Shown: piece after piece, positions 10,250-22,761 of the stretch
Numbering within the stretch: the stretch's first letter is position 1
Layout of the letters: every line of letters starts with the position of its first letter
Assembly: GCA_964016885.1 (NCBI GenBank)
Contig: OZ024742.1
Location: 119,102,001 to 119,166,000 of the forward strand
Source of the DNA: Eledone cirrhosa
Lineage: Eukaryota
Length of the DNA: 64,000 nt
Direction of reading: 5' to 3'
The notes under the pieces: model-generated
The model's input: the letters and a program-made list of their open reading frames with translations, nothing else
Database searches by the model: none
What the model was told of the DNA's origin: nothing
Translations under genes and position numbers: made by a program

Positions 10250-12750
10250 AATGTCTCACACATAGTCAGTAAATGGCAGAAAGGGCTTGGGTTTTTCTGG
10301 GGACAGGTCCAGCCTTGCAGATCGATTCCGACAACGTCACATTCCATTGAAAGCATTGAAAAATGTTATCAAGATCTTGAGAATCTAGTGCGAAAAGTTC
10401 CAAGGAAAGAGAAGCTAGTCATCATAGGCGACTTTAATGCTAGAGTGGGAGTAGATCATGCAGCGTGGCCGCTTTTGGGGAAGCGTAGCACAGGAAAATA
10501 CAACGAAAATGGACTATCTTTTCTCTCATTTTTTACCGAACACCAGCTGGCTATCTCAAATACTTTCTTCAAACAAAAAGAGAAATATAAAAACACATGG
10601 ATGCACTCTACGTCTAAGCGCAGACACCTTCTTGACTATATATTAGTTGCCAAAGCAGCTTTGAATGACGTAACTAGATTCCTAGTAATGAGAGGTGCAG
10701 AATGTTGGACGGACCATAGGCTTGTTAGGGGGAATTCAATTTTTCAATCAGGCAAAATGTCAGAAAGATGAGGTCTAAAATACCAAAGAGAAGAAACACT
10801 GCAAGCTTCAAATCCCCTATACTGTTGAAATGTTTTCAAGATTGACTTATGTGCATTATTCTCGATGAAGATAACTCTTGAGAGCGTTTCAAGTCTCAAC
10901 TGTATGAAGTTGCATCAAATATTTTGAGTTTCAAATCCAAGAAAGTAACTGATTTGTTTGCTGATAATAACTTGAAAGTGTTCAGAGTTCTACGTGAAAA
11001 ACACATTTTAGGAAAGTCCGAAAGTCCCAACAAAAACAGTAAATCAAAATTTTCAGAAGCCTTCAGCAAATGAAAGAAAATTGGTGGCAACAGGAAAGTC
11101 AATGAAACACAAGCAGCTGCAGAGCGCAAAAACCCTAAAGCCTTCTTTTCATATATCTAAGAGGTATTTGGTTCTAAAGCAACAGAGATATCCCCTGTGA
11201 GATTCGTTGGTGGACAGCAACTCCTTACGGATGTCATATCCTTACGTTGGGTGCAACGCTACTCTAATCTGCTTAATAGAACATCAAATGTGAATATGGA
11301 CACATTTGAGAGAATTCAAAACCTTCTAGTCATTAAAGAAATGTCTTCTGAGCCTTCAGTATATGACATCACCGCAGTTGTAAAGAAGTTAAATAACAAT
11401 AAATCTCCCGGTATCGATGGTATCAATTCAGAAATATTGAAATTTGGTGGACAAAGGATAATCGAAATGCTTCACTCACTACTTTTGCATTGTTGGAGGA
11501 AGTACCACAGGTCTGGATCGATGCTAATTTAATATGACTTTTTAAATCTGGTCCTAAAGATTTATGTGGTAACTTTCGTGACATATCTTTGTTATCTGTT
11601 GTTGTAAAGGTACTCTCGTGTATTCTGTCAGAGCGTTTTCGCAAATTCATCGTCACAAGAGGTGTCAGATTCACAGTGTGGTTTTCACCCCTCTCGCGGG
11701 ACAGCTGACATGATTTTCACTGACCGCCAGCTACATGCTTTATAGACATTAGCAAAGCGTCCGACACTGTTAACTGCATCGTGGTTAGTGTTGAAAAAAT
11801 TTGGCTGCTCTGAAAAGTTTGTGAATCTGATTAAAGCCCTCCATAATGATATGGAGGCCGTATTAATTTTGGTGGTACTCTTTCAGAACCTTTGCAACAT
11901 CAACAGACAGATTCTTTATCCGATATCACTCTTCAGGCAATGTGTTTAATTTGACTAGAATGAGATTCAACTCTGAAGTCTTCACCTCTTTGATCCGTGA
12001 CTTTCTATATGACGATTACTGAGACCTAATATGTCAAACTGAGGAGGGCTTGCAAAACCTGATCAGTGATTTCGACACTGGTTGTGATATGTTCGGTATT
12101 GTAATTAATCTGAAAAAGCCTGTTACAAGCTGATGACAAATTGGATACTGAAATCACATATCGTATACAAAAGACAGCAAAAACCTTTGGTGGACTAGAA
12201 ATTAAAGTCAGGTCACAACGTCACATTAAATTGGAGACTAAGATTGCTGTATACGTCTCATTTGTACTCTCCGTGCTATTGTATTCATCCGAGACATGGA
12301 CGTTGTACACATGACATGTTCAAATATTGGAGCAGTTTGACAAAAAAAAAAAAAAAAAAAGAATGGCCTCGGCATATACTCAAAATAAGCTGGAACACAT
12401 TCGTTCCAGACACTAAGGTTCTTGCTAGAGCTAAAGTTACATCTCAAACTATGCTTATTAAGAATCAGATCAGATGGACAGGTCACATGATTCGTATGGG
12501 TGACGGACGCATCCCCAAGAAAATGTTTTATGGTTACTCAAGCTGGGCAAAAGGATAAATATTAAGCCAAGGAGGAGATACAGAGAAAATAACTTAACAT
12601 ATCCTACAAAAATTTTGAATCATATGCTGCAGATAGAGTAACCTGGAGAAATGCCATTTGGAATGGAGTTACAGCATTTGAAATGGAGAGAATAATATGC
12701 AGAACTGAAAAGAAACGTGCAGAATAATGAAACCAAATGTAATAATGATG
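10250..12750 (+). mobile_element. Heavily degraded RTE-clade (BovB-like) LINE; boundaries approximate
   Basis: APE motifs IIGDFNARVG, LLDYILV, GAECWTDHRLV; RT motif NNKSPGIDGINSEILKFGG; C-terminal QIRWTGHMIRMGDGRIPKKMFYG; many stops and deletions. Confidence 0.85.
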
Positions 12751-12969
12751 AATCTTATTTAGAGGTGATTTTCAAATGCCCAATGGCAAGTGGGCCCCAG
12801 GGGGCCCATGGTAGCATTGCATGAGCCCTCAGTAACATTGCAAGGCCCACTGTAGTATTTTAGGGACCAATGCTTTGCTTTAAAAAAATACATGAAATAT
12901 AAGAGAAATAATAAAATAAAAAAATTAAATAAAACAATTAAGCAAAACATTTGGTCAACCAAGAAGGGG

Positions 12970-13659
12970 GAGAAATGAGGTGCAACAGAAATGAAACATG
13001 GATTACAGGTTAAAATGTAGTCTAGATAGATGAGAAACAAAATGAGGATGTAGTTTATGGAAGACCCAAAGGATTTAGAAGTCGACCTTAAGTAGAAGCA
13101 ATAACATTAAGAAAGACATGAACGACACCACATCATTTTGTTTTGAAAATTTTGAAAGTAGGTTTATAAGTATGAATTTTCATAAAATGTTCGTAGTTGT
13201 CTCTGTGGTCTAGCGGTAGGTGATCCTGACCTCGGGTTCAATCCTGGTCAATAGGTACATAGAAACCTTCTTCATGTTTTTATTTTACAACCAATAAAAA
13301 AAACAGGAAAGACTTACCGGGAACCCTACTCCGACCAGGATAGAACTTCAGACCAGGGCCACCACCGTCTATGATTCCTCCAAGTAGGCCACGAGACAGC
13401 CACAAAAGTGCAATGAAAATTGATAATTATAAACCTACTTTCAAAATCAAAGTTAAAAAGATGTGGTCGTTCATGGCTTTCCTAGAGCTATTAGTTATAT
13501 TTAGGGTCGACTTCTGGTCATTATTGAAAGTCTCTGGATTTCGCAAAATACATAATATTTTTTATTGGAGAAGGTAAGATATTTTCCCGCAAAAATTTGA
13601 TTGCACTGTTTTGTTTTCACTTATATATTTTTCGAAAATGTTATTTATCCGTCACTGTG
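12970..13659. mobile_element. Unclassified fold-back repeat, copy 2
   Basis: Colinear with 4887-5581 in the same orientation; right end followed by CACTGTG at 13653-13659. Confidence 0.8.
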
Positions 13660-13689
13660 TGTATGTTATCTCTTTCTCTTAATTTCGAG

Positions 13690-15262
13690 TATATTTTTTT
13701 GACCGGCCACCTTCCTGGTGGCAAGGTTGTAAAAGAAAAGAAATTGTTATCCCTTGAATCGCAAGAATGTTTTGCAAATTTTGAAGGTGCCAGCTATCGC
13801 AGCCATTTGTAGACTATGAATTAGGGAGCTGCGCTCTTTGTCCGCAAATCCAAGTTCAGTCATACTTTGGTCCAAGCGGGTTGGTATATAACCCGTAGCT
13901 CCAATAATGATGGGTATGAAGCTAAAGGTGTATCTTGTAAATTCTTCAACCAGTATCCTGTAATGAGGTCTGGGCCTGGTGATTTCCTATTCGACATTTT
14001 CTGTAGAGCTGTTTCCAGTATTGACCCATCTATGTCATATTGTTTTGTCTGGACATGTTGGCAGTAGTCCTATTCCAGTTCTTTTAGCCAATTAGTTTGT
14101 CTGTTGAATCCGTCATCCGTTTCCCATACAGATCTCCAGTAGCTCTCAACCTGTTCTTTTGAAGGGGTGTCATTTACAGAGACTGAGCTTTTGCCACCGA
14201 AGCTGTGATAAACTGATTTAGGATCTCTGGCAAACAATCTATTTAGCACTTGTCGTTTATGTGCTGTTGACTTATATTTTAGTCTTTCTGTTGTAGCTGT
14301 GAGTTGTTGTTTCAACTGGTGTAATTTGGAGTTCAAAGTTTTAAATTTTGTATCTCAAAATCGTCTCTCTAACTTTTTTTAGGTCTTCCTGGTGTCGTGT
14401 GAAGTTGCTCTCTACGTTGCATTTCATAACGACCGCGATGTGTGAGATACTTCGTCTCAGGGACAAAATTTTGCCTTTTAAATTTCGCATCCACGCTGGT
14501 TCAGGCTTTTTGTTTGTATCTTGATTGCGTGGTTTTAGTTGTTTGTTATATGATAGCAATGTGACAGCTGAAACATATAACAAAATATTAAGCGTTTCAA
14601 ATGTCGTTTCTACACCTTTAGATCGTATGGCCTTCAGATAATTGTCAGCTATTTCGTTCACCGCTTCCAATTCCAATTTAGTGGGTTCTTTACTGATTCT
14701 GGTGTTGTATGGTCTGTCACTCACATTAATGCTGTGTATCTCTTGAAACGTATCGTCCCATATCACTTGAAAGGTGTCCACAAGTTTTTGGTGTTCTGTT
14801 TGTACAGTAGAGTCATAAATTTCAGTCGTTGTTGATGTGGTGACAATTACTACTAGAGTTAGCTGACCATTCTCGCTGTTCTTCAGTGGAAGTGGGATGG
14901 ATTTCAGCAAAATTGTTGGTGAGCTGTTCACTGTTAGATTTAGCTGGCCATTCTCTTTGTCTGTCAGTGGAGGTGGGGTGGTTGTCTACAAGGGCTGTAC
15001 TTGTAGTATCACTCAATTCCATTAGATGTATCAATTTACATCTAATGATACGTTTTGCCTGTTCATTTAAATGCTTTGGAGAAAAGTCTAATTCTGGGTG
15101 TTTGGAGTTCCATAAAGTTTTTAGACTTTGCATAAAACCGAACTTTTGGGGTTCAGGTTGTTTGTATGCTTCATATAATTCTTTGTTAAGCTCGTAGCTC
15201 CACTGTATACAACGGTTATAGTTGCGATTTGGTCGAAGGAGACTTGTACGTTTTGTCATGAT
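13690..15262 (-). mobile_element. Internally deleted R4/Dong-like non-LTR element
   Basis: N-terminal QWSYELNKELYEAY..GFMQSLKTLWNSKHPE, PAWMRNLKGKI, NRLFARDPKSVY, NRKSPGPDLITGYWLKNL, then a jump to C-terminal LQMAAIAGTFKICKTFLRFKG*. Confidence 0.78.
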
Positions 15263-15313
15263 GAGTTCGTCTATTCACTAATATTTTGTATTTATTTTTC
15301 AAAATAGTCGATT

Positions 15314-15424
15314 ATGTATGTATGCATGTATGTATGTATGTATGTATGTATGTATGTATGTATGTATGTATGTATGTATGTATGTATGTATGTATGTATG
15401 TATGTATGTATGTATGTATGTATG
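15314..15424. repeat. (TATG)n microsatellite
   Basis: Direct reading. Confidence 0.95.
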
Positions 15425-18400
15425 TGTGTGCGTGTATGTATGTGTATGCACATGAACACACACATACACACGCATATATATCGGTAAATAATGTCAAATT
15501 TGTTATTTTTACCCCTGGTGAATTTTTTTTACTGTTATTATACGTTCTCTATAGTTTTTTCTGCCGTTCTTCTATATATTACGATAGTATTTTATATGGC
15601 TTTTACGATGGCATTATACTTCGTATGATGGTGTTTACGCCTATAATATCTTTCAAAATGATTCGACATATGATAGTTTGTATGCGTCCGTTTCCCTTTT
15701 AATACTAAGATGTTTTCTCAGATATATTCTATTCCTGAATTTTGAAAGCATATCAACCTTCCTCCGTGTGATGCAATTTTTGTAATAATGTCAAATAGTG
15801 TGTTTTCTAGTGTGTAATTACAAATATTTGTGTGGGCATATGAAATATGTTATAAATTTTAATAATTCCAATATAGCTGTCGATCTGTGTGAAGAAAGCA
15901 TTCCTAATATGTGGAAAAGTTTATATGCTTCATAAATACAACATCATTAGAAGAATATTTAGTAATAAGATTCCAAGTAGGATTTGGCATATATTAATAT
16001 ATATTATTACTTTGAGTATTTTGAAGGTGAGTAATGATAAAGGTGAGCAACATCTAGTTATAGAATTGTGCAGCTTAAGAAAGAAAGCTAAGGTTAGTAT
16101 TGTGTTCATAACATTTTCTTTATAGACTTAGTTTTGCGTTGAAGTATATTTGTGTAAGTTCGTATTCGTTTTACAAAAGGTTGATTGATGGAAATTGTAA
16201 TTGTAAAAGTAGCTCTGAGAATTACGATTAGATGAGTTATTTTGCTAGAGGGTGGATTAACACTTTGTACTTCAAGATCACATAGTTGATACATATTTAG
16301 TTGGTTTGCAGTGTTAAGTTCAATTCTACCGGTGATATTAACTACTTGCAATAGATCAGCATCTTATTCAAGGATATATGTGATCTACTGAACATTGTCA
16401 GCCGAGAATAACATTGCAGGATTTATTTATTTATTTAAGCAATTTAAACGTCCGTATAGAGCTAGTAAACCATGGCAGACTAGGGGAAGTATCAAGTACT
16501 TCTTACAGTTGGTAATCAAAAAGAGCTAATTAAAAAAAATTAATTAAATAAACAAAAAAAATTTTTCTTTCAAATATTGTAGGCCAATGGGAGGCAGATT
16601 ATGCATCAGAAAACGAAACCGAAAAGGAAAAGAGGAAACAAGGGAAGCTGTAAAACAGCTAGACATTTCTGTTGCTGAATCTTTTCGTAGCTTCCATGTA
16701 CTCAAAGATTTTGTTTATATTTGGTAGACCTTTAATCATATCTTGAACCTCCAATCTTGGTAGTTTTATTAAAGCTGTTCTACGTATATTGCAAGAAAAA
16801 TAGCCCACATTTAAATCAAGTTTACTTTGTTGTGGACAGACTTCATAAGATTGCAGCATGATTTCATGACTGATGAATATGACGTTAGCTCAAATTCTCC
16901 ATGGATTACTAAATACCTCTAGCATTATGTAGAGGTACATCACTAAAGCGATGTAGCATAAACTATTATTTCCTATTTACTATTTCGATAGTAGAATGTT
17001 CAACTTTATGTAGGAGAGGAGAGGGTTTTATAGAATAAAAAATGAAAATAATTATTAGAATGCAGCCATGTTTGTTAGAACAGGTGTTGGTGCTTTTTGT
17101 AAGAAAAAAGGTTTTGTACAGGTCGAAGTATTTAGTTTTACCTTTTTACATTCTGACTTAATTTTTCCTTATATTTGAGCACTATAGTTTATGTACCTGT
17201 AATATAGATGAGTCAATTCAATCGATTATATATCCCCTGTGTGAAAATAACTATGAAAGGGAACAAGACAGCTTTGCCAATTCGATCCCCGATTGAAGTC
17301 AATTTACATAATTTATGGTACTAATTCCTAAAGAAAGGGTGTGAATCTCGTATTATCTACTTTTTTCTATCTACAAATGAACCATTATCAAGAAAAAGAA
17401 AATAATATTTCCGAACTGTGGCAAGCAGCATGCAACATACAGTTGAACCGATGGCTTGGTTTTGAGTCTCGGTTGAAGAGATTTCTCTTCATAGATGCTT
17501 CAAATACATTTGTAAGAAGGTACGGATATTACAAATCTTGAAATTTTTAAGATTTGAATAAAGACTTTTAATATTAGGGAAACATGAAATTGTACGAAGT
17601 ACACGTCTCATTCAAAGTCATTCACTGCATCTATAAAATGAATTGTTTTTAACTGCAAATCGAAGCTTCTTATTCGATATTATCCATATATTCCGGATAA
17701 AATTCTGTAGCATTACGTCTAGTGTCTTAGACACTCAGTCATATTCCAATTACATAACATTTCCCTTGTGTAACATTCCAAGTTTGCTAACAAAAACATT
17801 CTAACAAGAAAGACGCTAGGCAGTCATTCGACCTGTTAGATGCCGTCTCTAAATCTACCTATCTGTGATATATCTGAAAATACGCGAAATACCCGTTGGG
17901 TAATTCAGTTGTAGGTGCACTGGGTGTAAAAAAAAAGAGAGCATGGCTTGACTGCCATTCGTTACATATCTGATTCATCAGAGCTGGTCATGGACTAAAC
18001 AAGCGACCTATGCAACTATTCAATGTTCACTAGTCAAAAATATCAAATACGGGATCAAATGCAGGACACCAAGCTTCAGTTAACAATAATAATTCTCCAA
18101 CTCATAGTCTCACACAAATGGGTGTGTTCGAAAAACCATGTTTTATCATTCTTTAATTGATAAGCACGATTTCTTCAGCCGCTCTAAAAATACTTGCATA
18201 ACATCTTACACTGATAACACACCAATTACGTCAATACATACCTTACTTTTACGAATTAGAATTCAAATCCCACAATGATAGATTAATAACAACAAATAGA
18301 TAAGCCGTCATCCTAATCATTTTCAAACTAAATTGTAGCCATTTGTAATAGGTAGTAAACTTAGCACTTGGCATATAACAATGATCTAGATTATGTGTAT

Positions 18401-18845
18401 CACTTAACCTTCAATTCACAAATAGAGGACATCGATGACATAAAACACTGCAATAATTATTACATAGACACACTTATAGCGAAATAACCGCAGTATTGAC
18501 AGATTCACTAGGTTTACATTTCGTGTTAGTTTATCAAAGAAATCTAAAGTAATTATAGAAATAAAACAGATTGCAGTTCAACCGATTCGATATTGCCAGT
18601 CTCCATTGCAGATAAATACAAATCAATTAAGCAATACTGATTTGTTAGACTGAGTCATATCACCTCTAGCGGCCAACCTATAAATGGTAATGGCAGACTC
18701 TTCACAATCGTTCCAAAACAGAGTGAAGTATAATATATCCAGGAAATAGTTGTTCATGAACATTCATTTTTTTCTAATTCTTATGCACCCGTAACGCCCG
18801 ATGGTGTATCTGAACAAAATCGATTTCTTTCAGAAAAAGGCAGAA

Positions 18846-18882
<37 letters not shown>

Positions 18883-18885
<3 letters not shown>

Positions 18886-19041
18886 GTGGAACCGGATCAT
18901 TCCGTCATTAGCTAACAGAAGTCTGATGAGTTTTTGATTCCAGATTCGGTCCTAATCGACACAGATTGAACTTTGAGCTGATGAATCGCGAAACGCGCGT
19001 CACACCTCAATAAATGTAATGAAAATTTGACACCCCGTCCA

Positions 19042-19042
<1 letters not shown>
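18883..19042 (+). mobile_element. Short PLE pLTR remnant with degenerate hammerhead, between (TA)n and (TTA)n
   Basis: CTGATGAG 18923-18930, GATTC/GAATC arms, GAAACGCGCGTC 18990-19001, AATAAA 19009-19014. Confidence 0.6.

Positions 19043-19088
<46 letters not shown>
19043..19088. repeat. (TTA)n tract, left end of the retrotransposon array
   Basis: Direct reading; further tracts at 22528-22546, 28562-28604, 31369-31433, 34547-34618, 40489-40514, 41205-41260. Confidence 0.95.
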
Positions 19089-19089
<1 letters not shown>

Positions 19090-22000
19090 AGTTGCATTTA
19101 TCTTGCTTTATGTTCATACGAGTTATCACCAAGTCACAACCAGTGACCTCAAGAGACAACAAGGTCCGCCATGTTCAAGAAAGAACATACATATTCACAC
19201 ATGCATCTTTAGTGTTTAGACTTGTGATGTACTTATATTGACAGAATCTTCCTTAGTATATGGGCAGTTCCCATTAGTACTATCTTTTGTATTTCTCCTA
19301 TACGCGGGTTTCCTGGGATTTGCGATATGTAATCATTAGACCCCTTAGGTATCATTCCCAGAGCGCCTACAACCACTGGTATTGTTTTAGTTCTCAATTT
19401 CCACATTTTTCCAATTTCTATCTCCAGGTCCTTATACTTGCTCAATTTTTCAAATGTTTTTATAGATACATTCTTGTCTATTGGAACAGACATATCAATT
19501 AGCAGGCATACCCTCTTTTGAAAGTCTTTCAATATTATATCAGGTCTGTTTGCATCTATTTTTCGGTCTGTTTGGATGCTAAAGTTCCACAAGATTGAGA
19601 TGTGATCTTTTTCAAGTATGGGAGGTGGTTGATGCTCCCACCAATTCTTTTGATGGGGCAGGTCAAAATGCTTACACATTATCCAATGTATGTATTGTGC
19701 AGCTCTGTCATGCCTGTTTAGGTATTCGGTTGGAGCTATAGGACTGCACATTGAAATTATATGGTCAATGGTCTCTGGTTGTTTTTTGCATACACGGCAT
19801 AATGGGCTGCACCCATTTTTTATTATGTTGGCTTGGTAATTTTTTGTTGGAAGACACTGATCTTGTGCCGATATAATCAGTCCTTCAGTCTCCGATTTCA
19901 GTCCAGAGGATGCCAACCACTGATGGGTTAAAGTTTTGTCAACATCAGGATTGTTAGCTCGCTCTGGGTATTTTCCATACAGAGGCTTTTCTTGCCATTT
20001 CTTAGCCAGTTTCTGTAGCAGTTCTTTCTTTGCAGTTACTTTTACCTGCTTTGCTTTTTCTGTGTTTTCCATTTCAGCAGTAAATGGGACTTCTGAAATT
20101 TGTAGTCCATTACTGTATCTTTGTGCATCTTTTGTAATGGAATATGATCTTTTGATGCTTTCGTGTTTCAAAACGAGTTTGATCATCCAATCATGTGATT
20201 CCCTTAGATATGTAGATAATCCAATTGTTGCAGTTTTCAACGCAATGTCTAACTGGATTAACCCACGTCCTCCTTCTTTCCTAGGGAGATATATTCTATC
20301 TATATCTGCCTTAGGGTGATGCATTCTGTGCATGGTTAAGAATTTTCGAATTTTTGTATCGAGCCTATGGCTCTCTGTGCTTGACCAGTTGATGACATTG
20401 TAACTGTAGGTTACTACTGGTATGGCAAGCGTGTTTATGGCATCGATCCTATTCCTTGCATTCAATTCCGTTCTTAAGATTGCTCTTACTCTGCGGTAAC
20501 ATTCCTTCCTTATCCTTTCCCTCATTGTCGAGTGCTTGATTCCGTCTCCTTCACAAACACCTAGATATTTGTAAGTTTTTTCTTGATCAAGTTCTCTTAT
20601 CACGTTCCCCCGATCAAGATTAATGTCTGAACTCTTCAGCAGCTTTCCTCTGGTGAACGTTGCTTTGGCGCATTTATCTAGTCCAAACTCCATTTTAATG
20701 TCATCACTGAACTGCTTCACAGTGGATAATAGCCCTTGCAATTGTTCATCATTTTTTGCAAATAGTTTCAGGTCATCCATGTAGAACAGGTGATTAATGG
20801 TTTTGTCATAGACTTTATATCCATGTTTTGTTTCATTGAGCATTTGACTTAATGGTATAAGTGCGATGCAGAATAAAAGCGGTGATAAAGAGTCACCCTG
20901 AAAAATTCCACAATTAATATTAACTTCTCCAGCTTCCAGTGATTTTGTTTCACTATTCAAAAGGAGTGTCGTTTCCATGTCTTCATACTGAATGACAAAA
21001 ACCTCCTGACAACGGGGGATACTTTGAAAATCTCTAAACATTTTTCAATCCAACTGTGTGGCAAACTATCAAATGCTTTTTTATAATCTATCCAAGCAAT
21101 CGATAGATTTTTGTGTCTATTATGACAATCTTCCAGTATCATTTTGTTAACCAGAAGCTGATCCTTACAGCCATATGAGCCTCGTTTACACCCTTTCTGC
21201 TCAATGGGAAATAGGTCATTTGTTATCAGGTGGTCATATGTGTATTCAGTTAGGACTGATGTTAAAATTTTATACATTGTGGTCAAGCAAGTTATCGGTC
21301 TGTAATTTTTGGGATTGTTTGTCTCATCATTCTTCGGAAGCAGGAATGTAATGCCGTTAACTAGCCATGAAGGTATCTTTTCTGGCTCCTTAACTATTTC
21401 ATTGTAAAGTTGGGCTAACAGCTCATGAGACTCTGTGAAGGCATTTATCCAAAAGTTTTGTATTTTGTCTTTTCCTGGGGATTTTCATTTGCTGGTTTTT
21501 CTTAGAGTCAAGCGCAACTGTTCAACTGTTATATTTTCCCATGTTTGTTCCTCAAGGTGAGCTGTATCTTTCATTTGTCTGTCTATCCATGGGGCATGTA
21601 TGTTATGAACTTTTTCTTCGGCCCAGATCTTTTCCCAGAATTCTTGCACTTCCTCCTTGGGTGGTATTGATTTAGCAGTTATTGTTGACTTACCAATTTT
21701 TCTGTAGAAGTTTCTTTGGTTGTTTTTGAACATATTATTGTCCTTATAGAATCTAGATCGTTTTTCAAAGCGCCTTATACGAGCAGCTTTGGCCGACACT
21801 TTTTGCTTGATTATTTCTATCAGCATGTCTATGTCACATGTTGATTTTATACTGTACTTTTTTTTCAATTTTCTAAGTTTAGTTTGTTTAACATGTTCAC
21901 CTACTTTATAGTTTGTTAAAATTTCTATGTCAGATCGGAGAAGGTTTATTTGGCGATTGATGTTCTCTTGCCAAGTAGATTTCTTGTGGGAATTCCTTTG

Positions 22001-22527
22001 TTTTTTCATCTTCACTCCACATAAGTGAGTGGTGACTTTAGCCGATGCATAATAGAGATGATTTAAATCAGTAATGTTTAGTTTGTTTGTGATGATAATG
22101 TTTTTGAGAATTATGTTAGTCTTGTGTATTATCTTTTGGTTCTGTTTGGAGTTCTGGATCTTAGGGAGGGTGTCTGGTTGCCCCATGTCAGATTCTTTCA
22201 TTTTCATCCATTCGATCATAATTTCATCCTTCAAGTTGGCAAGTTCATTCTCATTCATTTCTTTATCATTTACGATCTCATTATTTTCATTTGGAGTTTC
22301 ATCCTGAGCATGCACTCCCTCCACTTTTTCGATCCTTTCTTTAATTTGTTCTGTTGCCAGTGATTCCGCCCCAACCCTGGGATTCGAAGTGTTACAGTTT
22401 ACCTCGTTTTCACTGACACATGTTTCATTTTACCTTCGCTGACTTTGTGCTAATAGCTTGATCTGATCAATTTCTATATCAGTTAGTAACTTTTTTCTTA
22501 CAATATTTCTTCGTATATTGGCTAGTT
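19089..22527 (-). mobile_element. R4/Dong-clade non-LTR retrotransposon, family A, 5'-truncated
   Basis: RT (AWIDYKKAFDS, GIFQGDSLSP, HLFYMDDLK), CCHC (CRVCKKQPETIDHIISMC), RLE (NRPDII...IDMSVP...EKLSKYKDL); (TAA)n at both ends. Confidence 0.92.
19233..22527 (-). pseudogene. RT-RLE polyprotein with stops and a frameshift
   Basis: ORF pieces 21485-22324, 20957-21286 and 19233-21041 are consecutive parts of one protein. Confidence 0.9.
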
Positions 22528-22761
22528 TATTATTATTATTATTATTGAATGCCATGGTTGACGGAGGCTCGGCTCTGTAAGGTATAGTAATTTTTAACCG
22601 TTAAAACAATTGTAAATTGTTTAAAACTTGAACCAAATTGTTGATAAAGACACCCTCCTCCTCGTGAGAGGGGTCTTTCTGTCCGTTATTTGGCCCTTCG
22701 GGGTTAAATAACCAGTTATTGGGGTTTTGTACCCAAAATTTCATTTTAAACAAAAAACAAC

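Noticed and set aside
15700-18840. AT-rich region with short ORFs (e.g. 16106-16351, 16659-16859)
   Set aside because: No recognisable domains or convincing splice-site pairs.
22650-22735. CTCCTCGTG plus UUCG hairpin resembling an HDV-like ribozyme in the Tx1-A 5'UTR
   Set aside because: P3 is mismatched, there is no P1 partner or P1.1 GG, and no catalytic C in J4/2; simple hairpins explain it.
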